From the human T2T-CHM13v2.0 reference genome, Homo sapiens, in assembly GCF_009914755.1 (NCBI RefSeq), contig NC_060941.1: a DNA stretch of 64,000 nt; one strand, 5' to 3'. Under the pieces are notes generated by a model that had not been told where the DNA came from, did not search any database, and worked only from the letters and a program-made list of their open reading frames with translations. This document shows positions 40,785 through 55,410 of this stretch, piece by piece. How positions within the stretch are numbered: the stretch's first letter is position 1; each line of letters opens with the position of its first letter. Position numbers and translations under genes: made by a program.

Positions 40785-43700
40785 GAGTATGGACAAGATG
40801 GATGAATAGGAACAGCTCTAGTCTGCAGCTCCCAGTGAGATCAGAGCAGAAGTCAGGTGATTTCTGCATTTCCAACTGAGGTACATGGCTCATCTCACTG
40901 GGACTGGTTGGACAGTGGGTGCAGCCCATGGAGGGTAAGCCAAAGCAGGATGGGGCGTTGCCTCTTCTGGGAAGCACAAGGGGTCAGGGAACTCCCACCC
41001 CTAGCCAAGGGAAGCCATGAGGGACTGGGCCATGAGGAATGGTACATTCTGGCCCAGATACTATGCTATTCCCATGGTCTTTGCAACCTTCAGACCAAGA
41101 AATTCCTTCGGGTGCCTACACCACCATGGCCCTGGATTTCAAGCACAAAACCAGGCAGCCATTTGGGCAGACATTGAGCTAGCTGCAGGAGTTTTTTTCA
41201 TACCCCAGTGGCACCTGGAACCCAGCAAGATAGAACCATTCACTTCCCTGGAAAGGGGGCTGAAGCCAGGGAGCCAAGGGGTCTAGCTCAGCAGATCCCA
41301 CCCCCCATGGAGCCCAGCAAGCTAAGATCCACTGCCTTGAAATTCTCTCTGCCAGCACAGCAGTCTAAAGTTGACCTGGGATGTGTGAGCTTGGTGGGGG
41401 GAGGGGGGTCCACCACTACTCAGGTTTAAGTAGGTGGTTTTCCCCTCACAGTGTAAACAAAGCCTCTGGGAAATTGAACTTGGTGGAGCCCACTGCAGCT
41501 CAGCAAAGCTACCGTAGCTAGACTGCCTCTCTAGATTCCTCATCTCTGGGCAGGGCATCTCTGAAAGAAAGGCAGCAGCCCCAGTCAGGGCCTTATAGAT
41601 AAAACTCCCTTCTCCCTGGGACAGAGCACATGGGGGAAAGGGGCAGCTGTGGCCACAGCTTCAGTGGACTTAAACTTTCCTGTCTGCCGACTCTGAAGAG
41701 AGCAGCAGATCTCCCAGCACAGCACTCGAGCTCTGCTAAAAGACACATTGCCTCCTCAAGTGGGTCCCTGACCCCCGTGCCTCCTGACTGGGAGACACCT
41801 CCTAGCAGGGGTCAACAGACACCTCATACAGGAGAGCTCTGGCTGGCGTCTGGTGGGTGCCTTTCTGGGATGAAGCTTCCAGAGGAAGGAGCAGGGAGCA
41901 ACCTTTGCTGTTCTGCAGCCTCCACTAGTGATGCCCAGGCAAACAGGGTCTGGAGTGGACCTCCAGGAAACTCCACCAGATCTGCAGCAGAGGGGCCTGA
42001 CTGTTAGAAGGAAAACTAACAAACAGAAAAGAGTAGCATCAACATCAACAAAAAGGATGTCCACACAAAAACTCCATCCAAAGGCAACCAACATCAAAGA
42101 CCAAAGGTAGTTAAGTCCACAACAATGAGGAAAAACCAGCGCAAAAAGGCTGAAAATTCCAAAAACCAGAATGCCTCTTCTCCTCCAAAGGATTAGAGCT
42201 CCTCACCAGCAAGGGAACAAAACTGGACAGAGAATGAGTTTGATGAATTGACAGAAGTAGGCTTCAGAAGGTGGGTAATAACAAACTCCTCCGAGCTAAA
42301 GGAGCATTTTCTAACCCAATGCAAGGAAGCTAAGAACCTTGAAAAAAGGTTAGAGGAATTGCTAACTAGAATAACCAGTTTAAAGAAGAACACAAATGAC
42401 CTGATGGAGCTGAAAAACACAGCATGAGAACTTCATGAAGCATACACAAGTATCAAAAGCCAAATCAGTCAAATGGAAGAAAGGATATGAGAGATTGAAG
42501 ATCAACTTAATGAAATAAAGTGTGAAGACAAGAATAGAGAAAAAATAATGAAAAGAAATGAACAAAGCCTCCAAGAAATATTGGACTATGTGAAAAGACC
42601 AAACCTACATTTGATTTGTGTACCTGAATGTGACGGGGAGAATGGAACCAAGTTGGAAAACACTCTTCAGGATATTATCCAGGAGAATTTCCCCAACCTA
42701 GCAAGGCAGGCCAACATTCAAATTCAGGAAATACAGAGAACACCACAAAGATATTCCTCGAGAAGAGCAACCCCAGACACATAATTTTCAGATTCACCAA
42801 GGTTGAAATGAGGGGAAAATGTTAAGGGCAGCCAGAGAGAAAGGTTGGGTTACCCATAAAGGGAAGCCCATCAGACTAACAGCGAATCTGTCTGCAGAAA
42901 CCCTACAAGCCAGAAGGGAATGGGGGCCAATATTCAACATTCTTAAAGAAAAGAATTTTCAACCCAGAATTTTATATCCAGCCAAACTAAGCTTCATAAG
43001 TGAAGGAGAAATAAAATCCTTTACAGACAAGCAAATGCTGAGAGATTTTGTCACCACCAGGCCTGCCTTACAAGAACTCCTGAAGGAAGCACTAAATATA
43101 AAAGGAAAAACCAGTACCAGCCACTGCAAAAACATATCAAATTGTAAAGACCATCAATACTATGAAGAAACTACATCAACTAATGGGCAAAATAACCAGC
43201 TAGCATTAATAATGGCAAGATCAAATTCACACATAACAATATTAATCTTAAATGTATATGGGCTAAATGCCTCATTTAAAAGACACAGACTGGCAAATTG
43301 GATAAAGAATCAAGACCCATCAGTGTGCTGTATTCAGGAGACAAATCTCACATGCAAAGACAAACATAGGCTCAAAATAAAGGGATGGAGGAATATTTAC
43401 CAAGCAAATGGAAAGCAGAAAAAAAAGCAGTGGTTGCAATCCTAGTCTCTAATAAAATAGACTTTAAACTGACAAAGATCAAAAAAGACAAAGAAGGGCA
43501 TTATATAGTGGTAAAGGGATCAATGCAACACGAAGAGCTAACTCTCCTAAATATATATGCACCCAATACAGGAGCACGCAGATTCATAAAGCAAGTTCTT
43601 AGAGATGTACAAAGAGACTTAGACTCCCACACAATAATAGTTGGAGTCTTTTACACCCCACTGTCAATATTAGATAGATCAATGAGACAGAAAATTAACA

Positions 43701-46700
43701 AAGAAATTCAGGACTTGAACTCAGCTCTGGACCAAGTGAACCTAATAGACATCCACAGAACTCTCCACCCCAAATCAACAGAATATGCATTCTTCTCAGC
43801 ACTACATCACACTTATTCTAAAATTGACCACATAATTGGAAGTAAAACACTCCTCAGCAAATGGAAAAGAATGGAAATCATAGCAAACAGTCTCTCAGAC
43901 CACAATGCAATCAAATTAGAACTCAGGATTAAGAAACTTACTCTAAACCACACAACTACATGGAAACTGAACAACCTGCTTCTGAATGACTACTGGGTAA
44001 ACAACAAAATTAATGCAGAAATAAATAAGTTATTTGAAACCAATGAGAACAAAGACACAACCTACCAGAATCTGTGGGACACAGCTAAAGCAGTGTTTAG
44101 AGGAAAATTTATAGCACTAAATGCCCACAGGAGAAAGTAGGAAAGATCTAAAATCAACACCCTAACATCAAAATTAAAAGAACTAGAGAAGCATCTGGCC
44201 CCACCAAAGTGTTAAAGGCGCACCGGAAAGAGAACATAAACTCCGCGAGCTAGGCACCAAAACTATGTCCCTTACAAGCAGTAGGAGGAGAATTTGGGCC
44301 CATTCATGTGCATGCCCCCTTCTCACTCTCAGATTTAAAACGAATAAAGAGCAGAAAACAAATAAAGGCAGATTTAGGGAAATTCTCAGATAATCCTGAT
44401 AACTATATATAGGTCCTGCAAGGATTGGGGAGTCCTTTGATCTAACATGGAGAGCTATCATGTTGCTTCTTGATCAGACATTAAGTCCTACTGGAAAAGA
44501 AGCAGCTTTAGCAGCAGCTCAGCAATTTGGGGATCTGTGGTACCTTAGCCAGGTAAACGATCGAATGGCCCAGGAGGAGAGGGAAAAATTCCCCACAGGG
44601 CAAGAGGCAGTCCCCACTGTAGACCCTCATTGGGATACTGACTCAGATCATGGAGATTGGAGCCACAGGCATTTGCTAACTTGCATTTTAGAAGGGTTGA
44701 GGAAGACTAGGAAAAAGCCTATGAACTATTTAATGCTATCCACAATTACACAGGGAAGAGAGGAAAACCCCTCAGCTTTTCTAGAAAGGCTAAGGGAGTC
44801 CCTAAGAAAGCACACCTCCCCAACTCCAGATTCTGTAGAAGGCCAACTTATTTTAAAGGATAAATTTATCACCCAATCATGGCTGACTTTAGGAGAAAAC
44901 TCCAAAAGTCTGCTTTAGGCCCAGAACAAAATTTGGAGACGTTATTAAACCTGGCAACCTCGGTGTTCTATAACAGGGACCAAGAGGAACAGGCCAAAAG
45001 GGAAAAGTGAGATAAGAGAAAGGCTGCAGCCTTAGTCATGGCCCTCAGACAGGCAGACCTTGGTGGCTCAGAGGGAACCAAGAGAGGAGCAGGCCAATTG
45101 CCTAGAAGGGCTTGTTATCAGTGCGGTTTACAATGACACTTTAAGAAAGATTGTCCAACCAAAAACAAACCGCCCCCTCGCCCATGTCCAATATGCCAAG
45201 GCAATCACTGGAAGGCACACTGCCCCAAAGGATGAAGGCCCTCTAGGCCAGAAGCACCCAACCAGATGATTCAGCAATAGGACTGAGGGTGACTGGGGCA
45301 AGTGCCAGCTCATGCCATCACCCTCACAGAGCCCTGGGTAAGTTTGACCATTGAAGGCCAGGAAGTGGACTTCCTCCTGGACACTGGTGCGGACTTCTCA
45401 GTTTTAATCTCCTGCCCTGGACGACTGTCCTCAAAGTCCGTTACTATCCGAGGAATCTTAGGACAGCCTATAACCAGGTATTTCTCTTGCCTTCTCAGCT
45501 GCAACTGGGAGACTTTGCTCTTTTCACGTGCATTTCTTGTTGTGCCTGAAAGTCCCACACCTTTATTAGGGAGGGACACATTAGCCAAAGCTGGGGCCAT
45601 TATCCATCCCAGTCCTAAACACCACCAAATCAGTCCCATAATCCCCAATTTACCAGCCACACAGGCCTCAAATCTCACATGCATAAACTTCAGCATGGCT
45701 CTCAATAAGAACACCTCCCAATGTCAGTCCTGGATATCAATAACCTCAGGTTTCACCTGTCTAACTTCAGGCATTTTTTTCAACTGGGATAACACAGCCT
45801 ATCAATGCCTAAACGGCATTCGGAAAGAACTATGCTTTCTCTCCTTTCTAGCACCTCCTATGTCCATATATACTGAACAAGAGTTACAAAGTCTCCTTAT
45901 ACCCCAATCTCGCCACACATGAGCCCTTATTGTAGGAGCCGGAATACTGGGTGGGCTTGGGACTGAAATTGGAGGCATAACCTCCTCCACCCAATTCTAT
46001 TATAAATTATTACAAAAATTAAAGGATGACATGGAACTAGTTGCCAACTCCCTAGTGACCCTACAAAGCCAGCTTAATTCTCTAGCTGCAGTAGTCCTTC
46101 AAAACCAGAGAGCCCTAGACTTACTAACAGCTGAAAGGGGAGAAACCTGCCTCTTCTTAGGAGAAAAATGTTGCTATTTCATTAACCAGTCAGGAATCAT
46201 TACTAAAAAGTCAAAGAACTAAGAAAATGAATAGAAAGTAGAAAAAAAGGAGCTTGAACACTCAGGGCCCTGGAATATGTTTAACCAATGGATACCTTGG
46301 CTCCTCCGCTTTCTAGGCCCTGCGACAGCCATCCTACTATTATTCGCTTTTGGGCCTTGCATTTTTAACCTCCTTGTCAAATTTGTTTCCTCCAGAATCA
46401 AGGCCATCAAGCTACCAATGGTCTTATAAATGGAACCTCAAATGAGTTCAACTCACGGCTTCTACCGAGGACCTGTATCGACCCACTGGTCCCTCACTAG
46501 CCTAAAAAGTTCCCCTCTGGAGGACACCACAACTGCAGGGCCCCTTCTTGGCCCTTAATCAGCAGGAAGTAGCCAGAACCACCACCGCCCAGTTCCCAAC
46601 AGCAGTTGGGGCGTCCTGTCTAGAGGGGGAGCTGAGAGGAGGTGCCCACTGGGCTTCCTGGGTTGAGTAGGGGCTCAGAAAGCTGTGAAACTCACTCATT

Positions 46701-49700
46701 TCCTGCATCAGGACTTACTTTGGTCCTGGATGAATAATATTGAAGATATATGCTTAAAATATTCCTAACATCAGAATTTGCACACGTGTTTTTTTCCCCA
46801 AGAAAGCTATAAACAGCAAAAATTTTGCTGTGAGCTTCCCTGTGTCCTCTCTCCCTCTCTCCCCTCTTCCTCCCCTGAAACTAAAAGGAATGTTAAAAGC
46901 CCATTTTTCTGTGACCAGCAGACCTTAGCTATGCCCCCAATTCCAATTCCTTGTAAACACAATTTGTAAAATCCTGTGAGATCCTGTCTCCTTTGCCATG
47001 CCACTGCAAGGTTATAAAGTCGATAAAACTTAAGTTACAATTCCGGTTTTTCTCAAGATCCGAGACATGTTAATTGTCTTTGTTTCTCGCTCTGGTAACA
47101 TCTTCCCTCTGCATGTATTTCTCACCTTAAAGACTCTAAGAGGTGATCAAAAAATCTAACACTGGCTACCCGCTCGGGACTCCTTCCATGCTGTAGAAGC
47201 TTTGTACTGTCACTCTGCTTAATAAAGCCTATAGCTTTTTTTCTCTCAGTCCAATCCTTGTCTCTCTCTCACCACGAGCTGCCGCCACACCAAATCTTTG
47301 GCGTGGCTAAGGCAAGAACCTTTGGCATTACAAATCTAGGAGCTGGTTTTTTGAAAAGATTAACAAAATAGATAGATGGCTAGCCAGACTAATAAAGAAG
47401 AAAAGAGAGAAGAATCAAATAGACACAATAAAAAATGATAAAGGGGATATCACCACCGATCCCACAGAAATGCAAACTACCATCAGAGAATACTATAAAC
47501 ACCTCTGTGCAAATAAACTAGAAAATCTAGAAGAAATGGGTAAATTCCTGGACACATATGCCCTCTGAAGACTAAACCAGGAAGAAGTTGAATCCCTGAA
47601 TAGACCAATAACAAGTTCTGAAATTGAGGCAGTAATTAATAGCCTACCAACCACTAAAAGCCCAGGACTAGACAGATTCACAGCTGAATTCTACCAGAGG
47701 TACAAAGAGGAGTTGGTACCATTTCTTCTAAAAGTATTCCAAACAATAGAAAAAGAAGGAATCCTCCCTAACTCATTTTATGAGGTCAGCATCATCCTGA
47801 TACCAAAACCTGACAGAGACACAACAAAAAAAGAAAATTTCAGGCCAATATCCCAGATGAACATCGATGCTAAAATCCTCAATAAAATACTGGCAAACAG
47901 AATCCAGCAGCACATCAAAAAGCTTATCCACCACGATCTTGTCAGCTTCATCCCTCAGATGCAAGGCTAGTTCAATAAACACAAATCAATAATCATAATT
48001 CATCACATAAACAGAACCAATGACAAAAAACACATGATTATCTCCATAAATGCAGAAAAGGTCTTCAATAAAATTCAACACCCCTTCATGCTAAAAACTC
48101 TCAATAAACTAGGACTGATAAAACATATCTCAAAATAATAAGAGCTATTTATCACAAACCCACAGCCAATATCATACTGAATGGGCAAAAACTGGAAGAA
48201 TTCCCTTTGAAAACCAGCACAAGAAAAAGATGCCCTGTCTCACTACTCCTATTCAACATAGTATTGGAAGTCTGGCCAGGACAATCAGGCAAGAAAAAGA
48301 AATAAAGCATATTCAAATAGGAAGAGAGGAAGTCAAACTCTCTCTGTTTGCAGATGACATGATTGTATATTTAGAAAACCCCATGGTCTCAACCCTAAAT
48401 CTCCTTAAGCTGATAAACAATTTCAGCAAAGTCTCAGGATACAAAATCAATGTGCAAAGATCACAAACATTCCTATACACTAATAATAGACAAACAGAGA
48501 GCCAAATCATATGAACTCCCATTCACAATCACTACAACAAGAATAAAATACCTAAGAATACAACTTACAAGGGATGTGAAGGACCTCTTCAATGAGAACT
48601 ACAAACCACTGCTCAAGGAAATGAGAGGACACAAACAAATGGAAAAACATTCCATGCTCATGGATAGGAAGATTCAATATCATAAAAATAGCCATACTGC
48701 CCAAAGTAATTCATAGATTCAATGCTATCCCCATCAAGCTACCATTGACTTTCCTCATAGAATTAGAAAAAACTACTTTAAATTTCATATTGAACCAAAA
48801 GAGAGCCCATATAGCTAAGACAATCCTAAGCAAAAAGAACAAAGCTGGAGGCATCACACTACCTGACTTCAAACTACACTATAAAGGTACAGTAATGAAA
48901 ACAGCATTGTACTGGTGACAAAACAGATATATAGACAAATGAAACAGAACAGATGCCTCAGAAATAACGTTACACATCTACATCCATCTGATCTTTGACC
49001 AACCTGATAAAACAAGCAATGGGGAAATGATTCCCTCTTTAATAACTGGTGTTGGGAAAACTGGCTAGCCATATGCAGAAACCTGAATCTGCACTCCTTC
49101 CTTACACCTTATGCAAAAATTAACTCAAGATGGATTAAAGACTTAAATATAAAACCTAAAACCATAAAAACCCTAGAAGAAAACCTAGGCAATACCATTC
49201 AGGACATAGGCATGGGCAAAGACTTCATGACTAAAACACCAAAAGCAATGGCAACAAAAGCGAAAATTGACAAATGAGATCTAATTAAACTAAAGAGCTT
49301 CTGCACAGCAAGAGAAATTATTGTCAGAGTAACAGGCAACCTACAGAATGGGAGAAAATTTTTGCAATCTATCCGTCTGACAAAGGGTTGATATACAGAC
49401 TCTACAAGGAACTGAAACAAATGTACAAGAAAAAAAAACCCATCAAAAAATGGGCGAAAGATATGAACAGACACTTCTCAAAAGAAGACATTTATGTAGC
49501 CAACAAATGTATGAAAAAAAAGCTCAGCACTGGGCATTAGAGAAATGCAAATCAAAACCACAATGAGATACCATCTCATGCTGGTTAGAATGGCAATCAT
49601 TAAAAAGCCAGGAAACAACAGATGCTGGAGAGGATGTGGAGAAATAGGAGCGCTTTTACACTGTTGGTGGGAGCATAAATTAGTTCAACCATTGTGGAGG

Positions 49701-50307
49701 ACAGTGTGGCGATTCCTCAAGGATCTAGAACCAGAAATACCATTTGACCCAGCAATCCCATTACTGGGTATATACCCAAAGGATTATAAATCATTCTACT
49801 ATAAAGACACATGCACTCGTATGTTTATTGCAGCATTATTCACAATAGCAAAGACCTGGAACCAACCCAAATGCCCATCAATGATAGATTGGATAAAGAA
49901 AATGTGGCACATATACACCATGGAATACTATGCAGCCATAAAAAATGAAGAGTTCATGTCCTTTGTAGGGACATGGATGAAGCTGGAAACCATCATTCTC
50001 AGCAAACTAACACAAGAACAGAAAACCAAACACCACATGTTCTCACTCATAGTGGAAGCTGAACAATGAAAACACATGGACACAGGGAGGGGAACATCAC
50101 ACACCAGGGCCTGTCAGGGGGTGGGGGCATAGGGGAGGGATAGCATTAGTAGAAGTACCTAATGTAGGTGATGGGTTGATGGGTGCAGCAAACCACCATG
50201 GCACATGTATACCTATGTAACAAAACTCCACATTCTGCACATGTATCCCAGAACTTAAAGTATAATAAAATAAATAAATATATAATAAATAAATAAATAA
50301 ATAAAAA
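40785..50307 (+). mobile_element. LINE-1 (L1PA7-like) with 5'UTR, broken ORF1/ORF2, 3'UTR and tail; interrupted by an ERV at 44194-47332
   Basis: caagatggatgaataggaacagctc 5' end; 3' gggttgatgggtgcagcaaaccaccatggc; no TSD found. Confidence 0.9.
44194..47332 (+). mobile_element. Deleted HERV30-like provirus (HERV9/W-related): partial gag, pro, env 3' part, PPT, 3' LTR (LTR30-like 46633-47332)
   Basis: Gag MHR QGREENPSAFLERL; protease LLDTGA...LLGRD; TM immunosuppressive domain LQNQRALDLLTAERGETC + CC; PPT agagggggagc; LTR tgagaggagg...ggcattaca. Confidence 0.88.
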
Positions 50308-51460
50308 GCAAGACTCAATGATCTGTTGCCTATAAGAAACATGTTTCACCCATACAGATACACATAGGCCGAAAATAAAGGGATGGAAAAAGATATTCTA
50401 TGCTAATGGAAACCAAAAAAGAGCAGGAGTAGCTATACTTGTGTCAGACAAAATAGATTACAAGACAAAACTTTTGGCCAGGTGCAGTGGCTCATGTTTA
50501 TAATTCCAGAACTTTCAGAGGCCTAGATGGGCAGATTGCTTGAGCCCAGGAGTTTGAGACCAGCCTGGGCAACATGGCAAAACCTCATCTCTATTTAAAA
50601 TAGAAAAACCACTCAGGTATGGTGGTGCATGCCTGTAGTCCCAGCTAGTCAGGAGGCTGAGGTGGGAGGATCACTTGAGCCTGAGAAACAGAGGTTTCAG
50701 TGAGCCAAGATCACACCGGTGCACTCCAGCCTGGGTGAAAGAGCAAGACCCTGTCTCAAAAAAAATTAACTTTTTGTTGTTTTTATTCATCTTATTGTAC
50801 TGACTATGTCTTGAAAAGTTGGTTTTTACTATATTTGTTTATCATTTAATCTTTCTATTTAAGATAAGAGTAGTTTACACGGCACAGTTACAGTGCTATA
50901 CTATTCTGTGTTTTTCTGTGTACTTTCTATTGCCAATGAGATTTGTACCTTCAGATTATTTTTTCTCATTCATTAATGTCTTTATTTCTGATTGAAGTAC
51001 TGCCTTTCACATCTCTTGTAGGACTGGTCTGGCGTTTATGAAATCCCTGTTTCTGTATGTCTCGGAAAGTCTTATTTCTCCTTCATGTTTGAAGGATTTT
51101 TCACCTGATATACTATTCTAGGGTGGGTGTTTTTTTCCTTCAGCACTTTAAATATGTCATGCCAGCTCTCTCCTGGCCTGTAAGGTTGAAATGTCTGCTG
51201 CCACACTTATTGGGATTCCATTGCATATTATTTTTTTCTTTTCTTTTGCTGCTTTTGGGAGCTTTTCTTTAACCTTGAGCTTTGGAAATTTGATTATTAC
51301 GTGCCTTGAAGTAGTCTTCTTTAGGTTAAATCTGCTTTGTGTTCTATAACCTTCTTGTAATTGGATATTGATTTCTTTCTCTGGGTTTGGGATGTTCTCT
51401 GTTATTATCCCTTTGAATAAACTTTTTACCCCTATCTCTTTCTCTAGCTCCTCTTTGTCC
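50308..51460. mobile_element. Old L1M pieces (+ ORF2 start 50308-50475; - ORF1/spacer ~50770-51460) separated by an Alu (50476-50765)
   Basis: ICCL(Q)ET..HR(L)KIKGWKKI-like codons on +; ORF1-like ORF 51157-51492 on -. Confidence 0.75.
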
Positions 51461-54400
51461 AATTTCCACTCTGTGCCTTTTAAGTGGAACATTTAGACCA
51501 TTTACATTCAACGTTAATATTTATATGTGAGGTTTTTAATCCTGTTGTGATGTTGTTAGCTGGTTTCTTTGTAGTCCCGATTTGTGTAGTTGCTTTATAA
51601 GGTCTGTGAACTATGTATAATACTTAAGTGTGCTTTTGTGGTAGCAGGCATCATTCTTTCATTTCCATATTTAAAACTCTCTTAGGATATCTCGTAATGC
51701 TAGTCTAGTGGTAAAAAATAAGGTCCTTTAACAATTGCTTGCCTGGAAAATATTTTATTTCTTCTTTGTTTATGAAGCTTAGTTTGGGAAGACATCAAAT
51801 TCCTGGTTGGACTTCCTTTTATTTGAGAATACTGAAAATAAGTACTCAATCTCTTCTCATTTGTAAGGTTTCTGCTGAGAAGTCCATTGTTAGCCTAATG
51901 GGGTTCCCTTGTAAGTGATCTGACATTTTTCTCTAGGTGTCGTTTAACATTTTTTCTTTAGTATTGACTTTGGATACTCTGGTGACTATGTGCCTTGGTG
52001 ACATTTGTCTTGTATAGTATCTTGCAGGTGTTCTCCAGGTTTATTGTGTTTGGATGTCTACCTCTCTAACAAGATTAGGAAAACATTTTTGAATTATTCC
52101 TTCAAATAAGTTTTCCAGCTGTTTACTTTTTCTTCTTCTCTCAGGAATTCCAATCTTTTGTAGATTTGGTTGCTTAACATAATCCTATGTTTCTAAAAAA
52201 TTTTACTCATTTTTAAACAATTCTTTATTTCTGTGTGACTGAGTTAGTTAGAAATATTGGTCTTCATGCTCTGAAATTCTTCCTTGTGCTTGATCTAGTC
52301 TGTTGATAGAGATTTCAATAGTATTTTGAAATTCTGTAAGTGAGTTTTTCAATTTCTGAAGATCTGATAAGTTTTAAAAAGATGCTTATCTCTTCCTTCA
52401 TTTTCTGGATTGCTTTAGTAGTTTCCTTGCGTCGATTTTCAGCCTTGTCTTGGATCTCGTTGAGCTGCCTTGCAATCCATGCTTTGAATTCTCTGTCATT
52501 TCTGAGCTTCCTTTTTTGTTAGGGTCCATTGGTGGAGAGCTAGTGTAATCTTTTGGTGGTGTCACAACATTCAGATTTTTCATGGTGCTGGAATTCTTAC
52601 ACTGTTTCCTTCTTATCTGGAGAGGCTAGCACTTCTAATTTTTGTAATTAATTTAATGTGGAAAGAATTTTTTTTCTTTGCCTTTCTCCCCCACCCCATC
52701 TCTAGCAGGGTATAGCTACAGAGTATGTTGAGTAGGGCCTTCTGGCTTTGCTTCTGTAACCCTATGCACTTCTGTTGGCAGGTTTTACACTGGGCTGTGA
52801 TATTTGATCTACAGGCCAGTAGATGGCGCTTAAGGGTAATTGTCAGCTGCGGCACAAGCAGAGGAGTATGTAACTGATCTTTGTTTACTGTGAAGTTCTC
52901 TCTATTGTCTCAGGAGGTGGGCTGGGCAGTGGAGAGCCCCCTACCCTAAGCTTTCCTGTTCTTGGAGGGTAGCTGGAGCCCCTAGCTTGCCTAAGAAGGC
53001 CCCAGTAGTGAGTGCAGGCACCAGCCCTGATGACAGTGGGTGGGTGGCTCCCGGTGAAATGCGCTGAGGTGTCTTTGGGGTGAGGAGGTTAGGGGGCTGT
53101 ACTGGCTCCCCATCCTACATAGGCAGGAACATGATCTGTTTGCCTATCACACCCCTGTTCTGGGCGGGGTTGGTGACTCCTAGTTCAGACACACATAGCC
53201 AATCTCTGGACCCCTACGTGGTTGAGAGCCACAGGAAACTGTTTTGTGAGTCTCCGTGGGAGTGGTTTGGGGGCAAAACTTTGTAACTCAGCCCAATAGA
53301 GATAGCTTTGTGGCTCCTCTGTTTTCTGATGTGGTAGCACTGCTGCTTCATGTGAAGGGTGGGGCGGGGAGAGCTCCACCCCAAACCCTTACATGGTTGG
53401 TTATGGTGGTGTCCGCTGATTGGGTCCACCTGACCTCGGCCCCGGTGGAAGTTATCGGGTGGCAGCAGAGTTGGAATGGGATAGGTAGTTCCCCGTTTCC
53501 AGGACCCCAGACGGCCTGCTGGGACAGTGTATATGAGTCCGGAATGGGCTGGACCAGGGTCAGGCTAGCCCAGACTTCAGGTACGGGCTGTGATGACGAG
53601 GAGTGGGCTAGTCTCCCGGGTCGGTCACCGCTGAACTCTCAGGTGAGGGCAGGCAGAGCACTTGGGCGGTGGAATCCCAAGGAAGATCAAAAGCTTGGGG
53701 GGTTGGGTTTTCAGAAGGGCTCTGGGCTGCAGCTGAAAATGTTTACATGGGGCAGGGTGGCTGTGCTGTGGGTCTTTCACCGGGGAGGGCAGGACCCCTC
53801 AGCTGGGGCAGTGGGGACGGGGCACTCTTGCACTTCCCTCCCACGCAAGCAATGCTGGATTTCACTGCTGCGGGCACACAAAGGTGCAAAGCCTCCTCTT
53901 CCCACGCTGGCCTGGGGGTGGTAGGGATGGAGCCAAAAAGCTTGTTGCTGGCCTCAGGGAATTGGGCTCTCAAAGGAACCGAGCCATGGCCATAATTTCA
54001 GGAAGGGGCAGGAAGGCCGTTGTGGGCCGGAAGCCAGCGAGCCCGATTTGGCAGGGGACAGCAGACGCGGGGAGTCCTCGGTTACACAGTCTCCTCCTTC
54101 TTATCTCAGCTGAGACATCAGTGCTGAAGGCACAGGAAGGTGTCCAGCCTCCTTGTTCCCTCCCAGACCCGGGGGCAACAGGGGTGGAGGGGGAGGCAAA
54201 GGCAACAGAGATCGAAAAGGGCCTGTCAGCTACCTCAATGAGTCCTGCACGCAGAGGAACACCAAGTCTCCACCGCGGTGTTCGGGCAGGAATGGGGCGG
54301 GTGCACTGGGTGCCAGAAGGTGGTGAGCCTCATAGTGTATGCAGAGAGTTGCCCGGTGTGTGCAGTCTGTCCATTGTTCCTCCGTATCTTGGCTGTGACA

Positions 54401-55096
54401 TCCATGCTGGAGGTACACACAAATGTGTCCAGTCTTCTTGTTCCCTCCTTGGCCTGAGGGCAGCAAAAGCGGAGGCAGCGGCAGTGGCGACTGTGGAGGG
54501 CTTGTCAGTTACCTCTGGGGAACTTGATCCCCATTACAAGCCATTACGAGCCACAGTGTTCAGGCGGGGTCAGGGCAGCTGTGCTAGGAGCCCAGGCCTG
54601 GGACCCTGTCTGGTGAGGAGCAGTGGGGATGGAGATGTTGTGCAGTGTGCAGTTTGGCCTCTCCTCAGCACCACAGCTGCACCACAACCTAGGGTTGTGC
54701 AGAAGAGGCTGGTCCCACTTGTTGGCAGGGCTGCATGGGGATCAAAGGCCCAGGGGTTCCACGTGGGCTTGAGTGTGCCTCTGCATAGACCCTCTGTAGG
54801 TCTGGAGGCCTACACAGTGGGGTGGGGGTTGGTCAAGGGACTCTCCCATACCCTGAATTGCAAAGACCTAAGTGTAGATTCCCCAGGGACTCTTTCTCTG
54901 CCTTAGGGAGCTTCTCCCTGCTCCAGCTCTGCCTCTCTCTCTGTTCTCTGTGGGTCCCATCACTTCCTTGAAGAAAATCCTAGCATGATCTCAGCCTATT
55001 CACTTGTAGAGTTAGTATTTACTCACTACTTTGTGTTCCTCTCTGAGAGAGAGGCAGGCACTAGCTGCTTCTACTCAGTCATCTTGAACCGGAACC
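51460..55096 (-). mobile_element. Old primate L1 5' part (L1PA15/16- or L1PB-like: GC-rich 5'UTR + ORF1)
   Basis: Minus strand starts ggttccggttcaagatgactgagtagaagcagctagtg; ORF1-like remnants at ~51.7-52.6 kb. Confidence 0.75.
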
Positions 55097-55105
55097 TGAT
55101 ACTCT

Positions 55106-55410
55106 TCTTTTTTTTCTTTTGAGGCAGGGTCTTGCTCTGTAACCCAGGCTGGAGTGCAGTGGTGTGACCTCAGCTCACTGCAGCCTCAACTTCCCAGGCT
55201 CAAATGATCTTCCCACCCCAGCCTCCTGAGTAGCTGAGACTACAGGCACACATCACCATCCCCAGCTAATTTTTGTATTTGTTGTAGAGACAAGGTCTCC
55301 CTACGTTGCCCAGGCTGGGCTCATGTTTCCCAGGCTGGGCTGCAACTCCTGGGCTCAAGCGATTCACCCACCTCAGCCTCCCAAGTTGCTGGGATTACAG
55401 GGAGGGGCCG
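55106..55410 (-). mobile_element. Alu (AluJ-like)
   Basis: Reverse Alu flanked by gatactctt repeats. Confidence 0.85.

Noticed and set aside
53884-54906. 340-aa ORF (and the overlapping 222-aa ORF 53256-53924)
   Set aside because: Lies antisense within a GC-rich old L1 5'UTR, starts at a non-ATG codon and has no recognisable domain.
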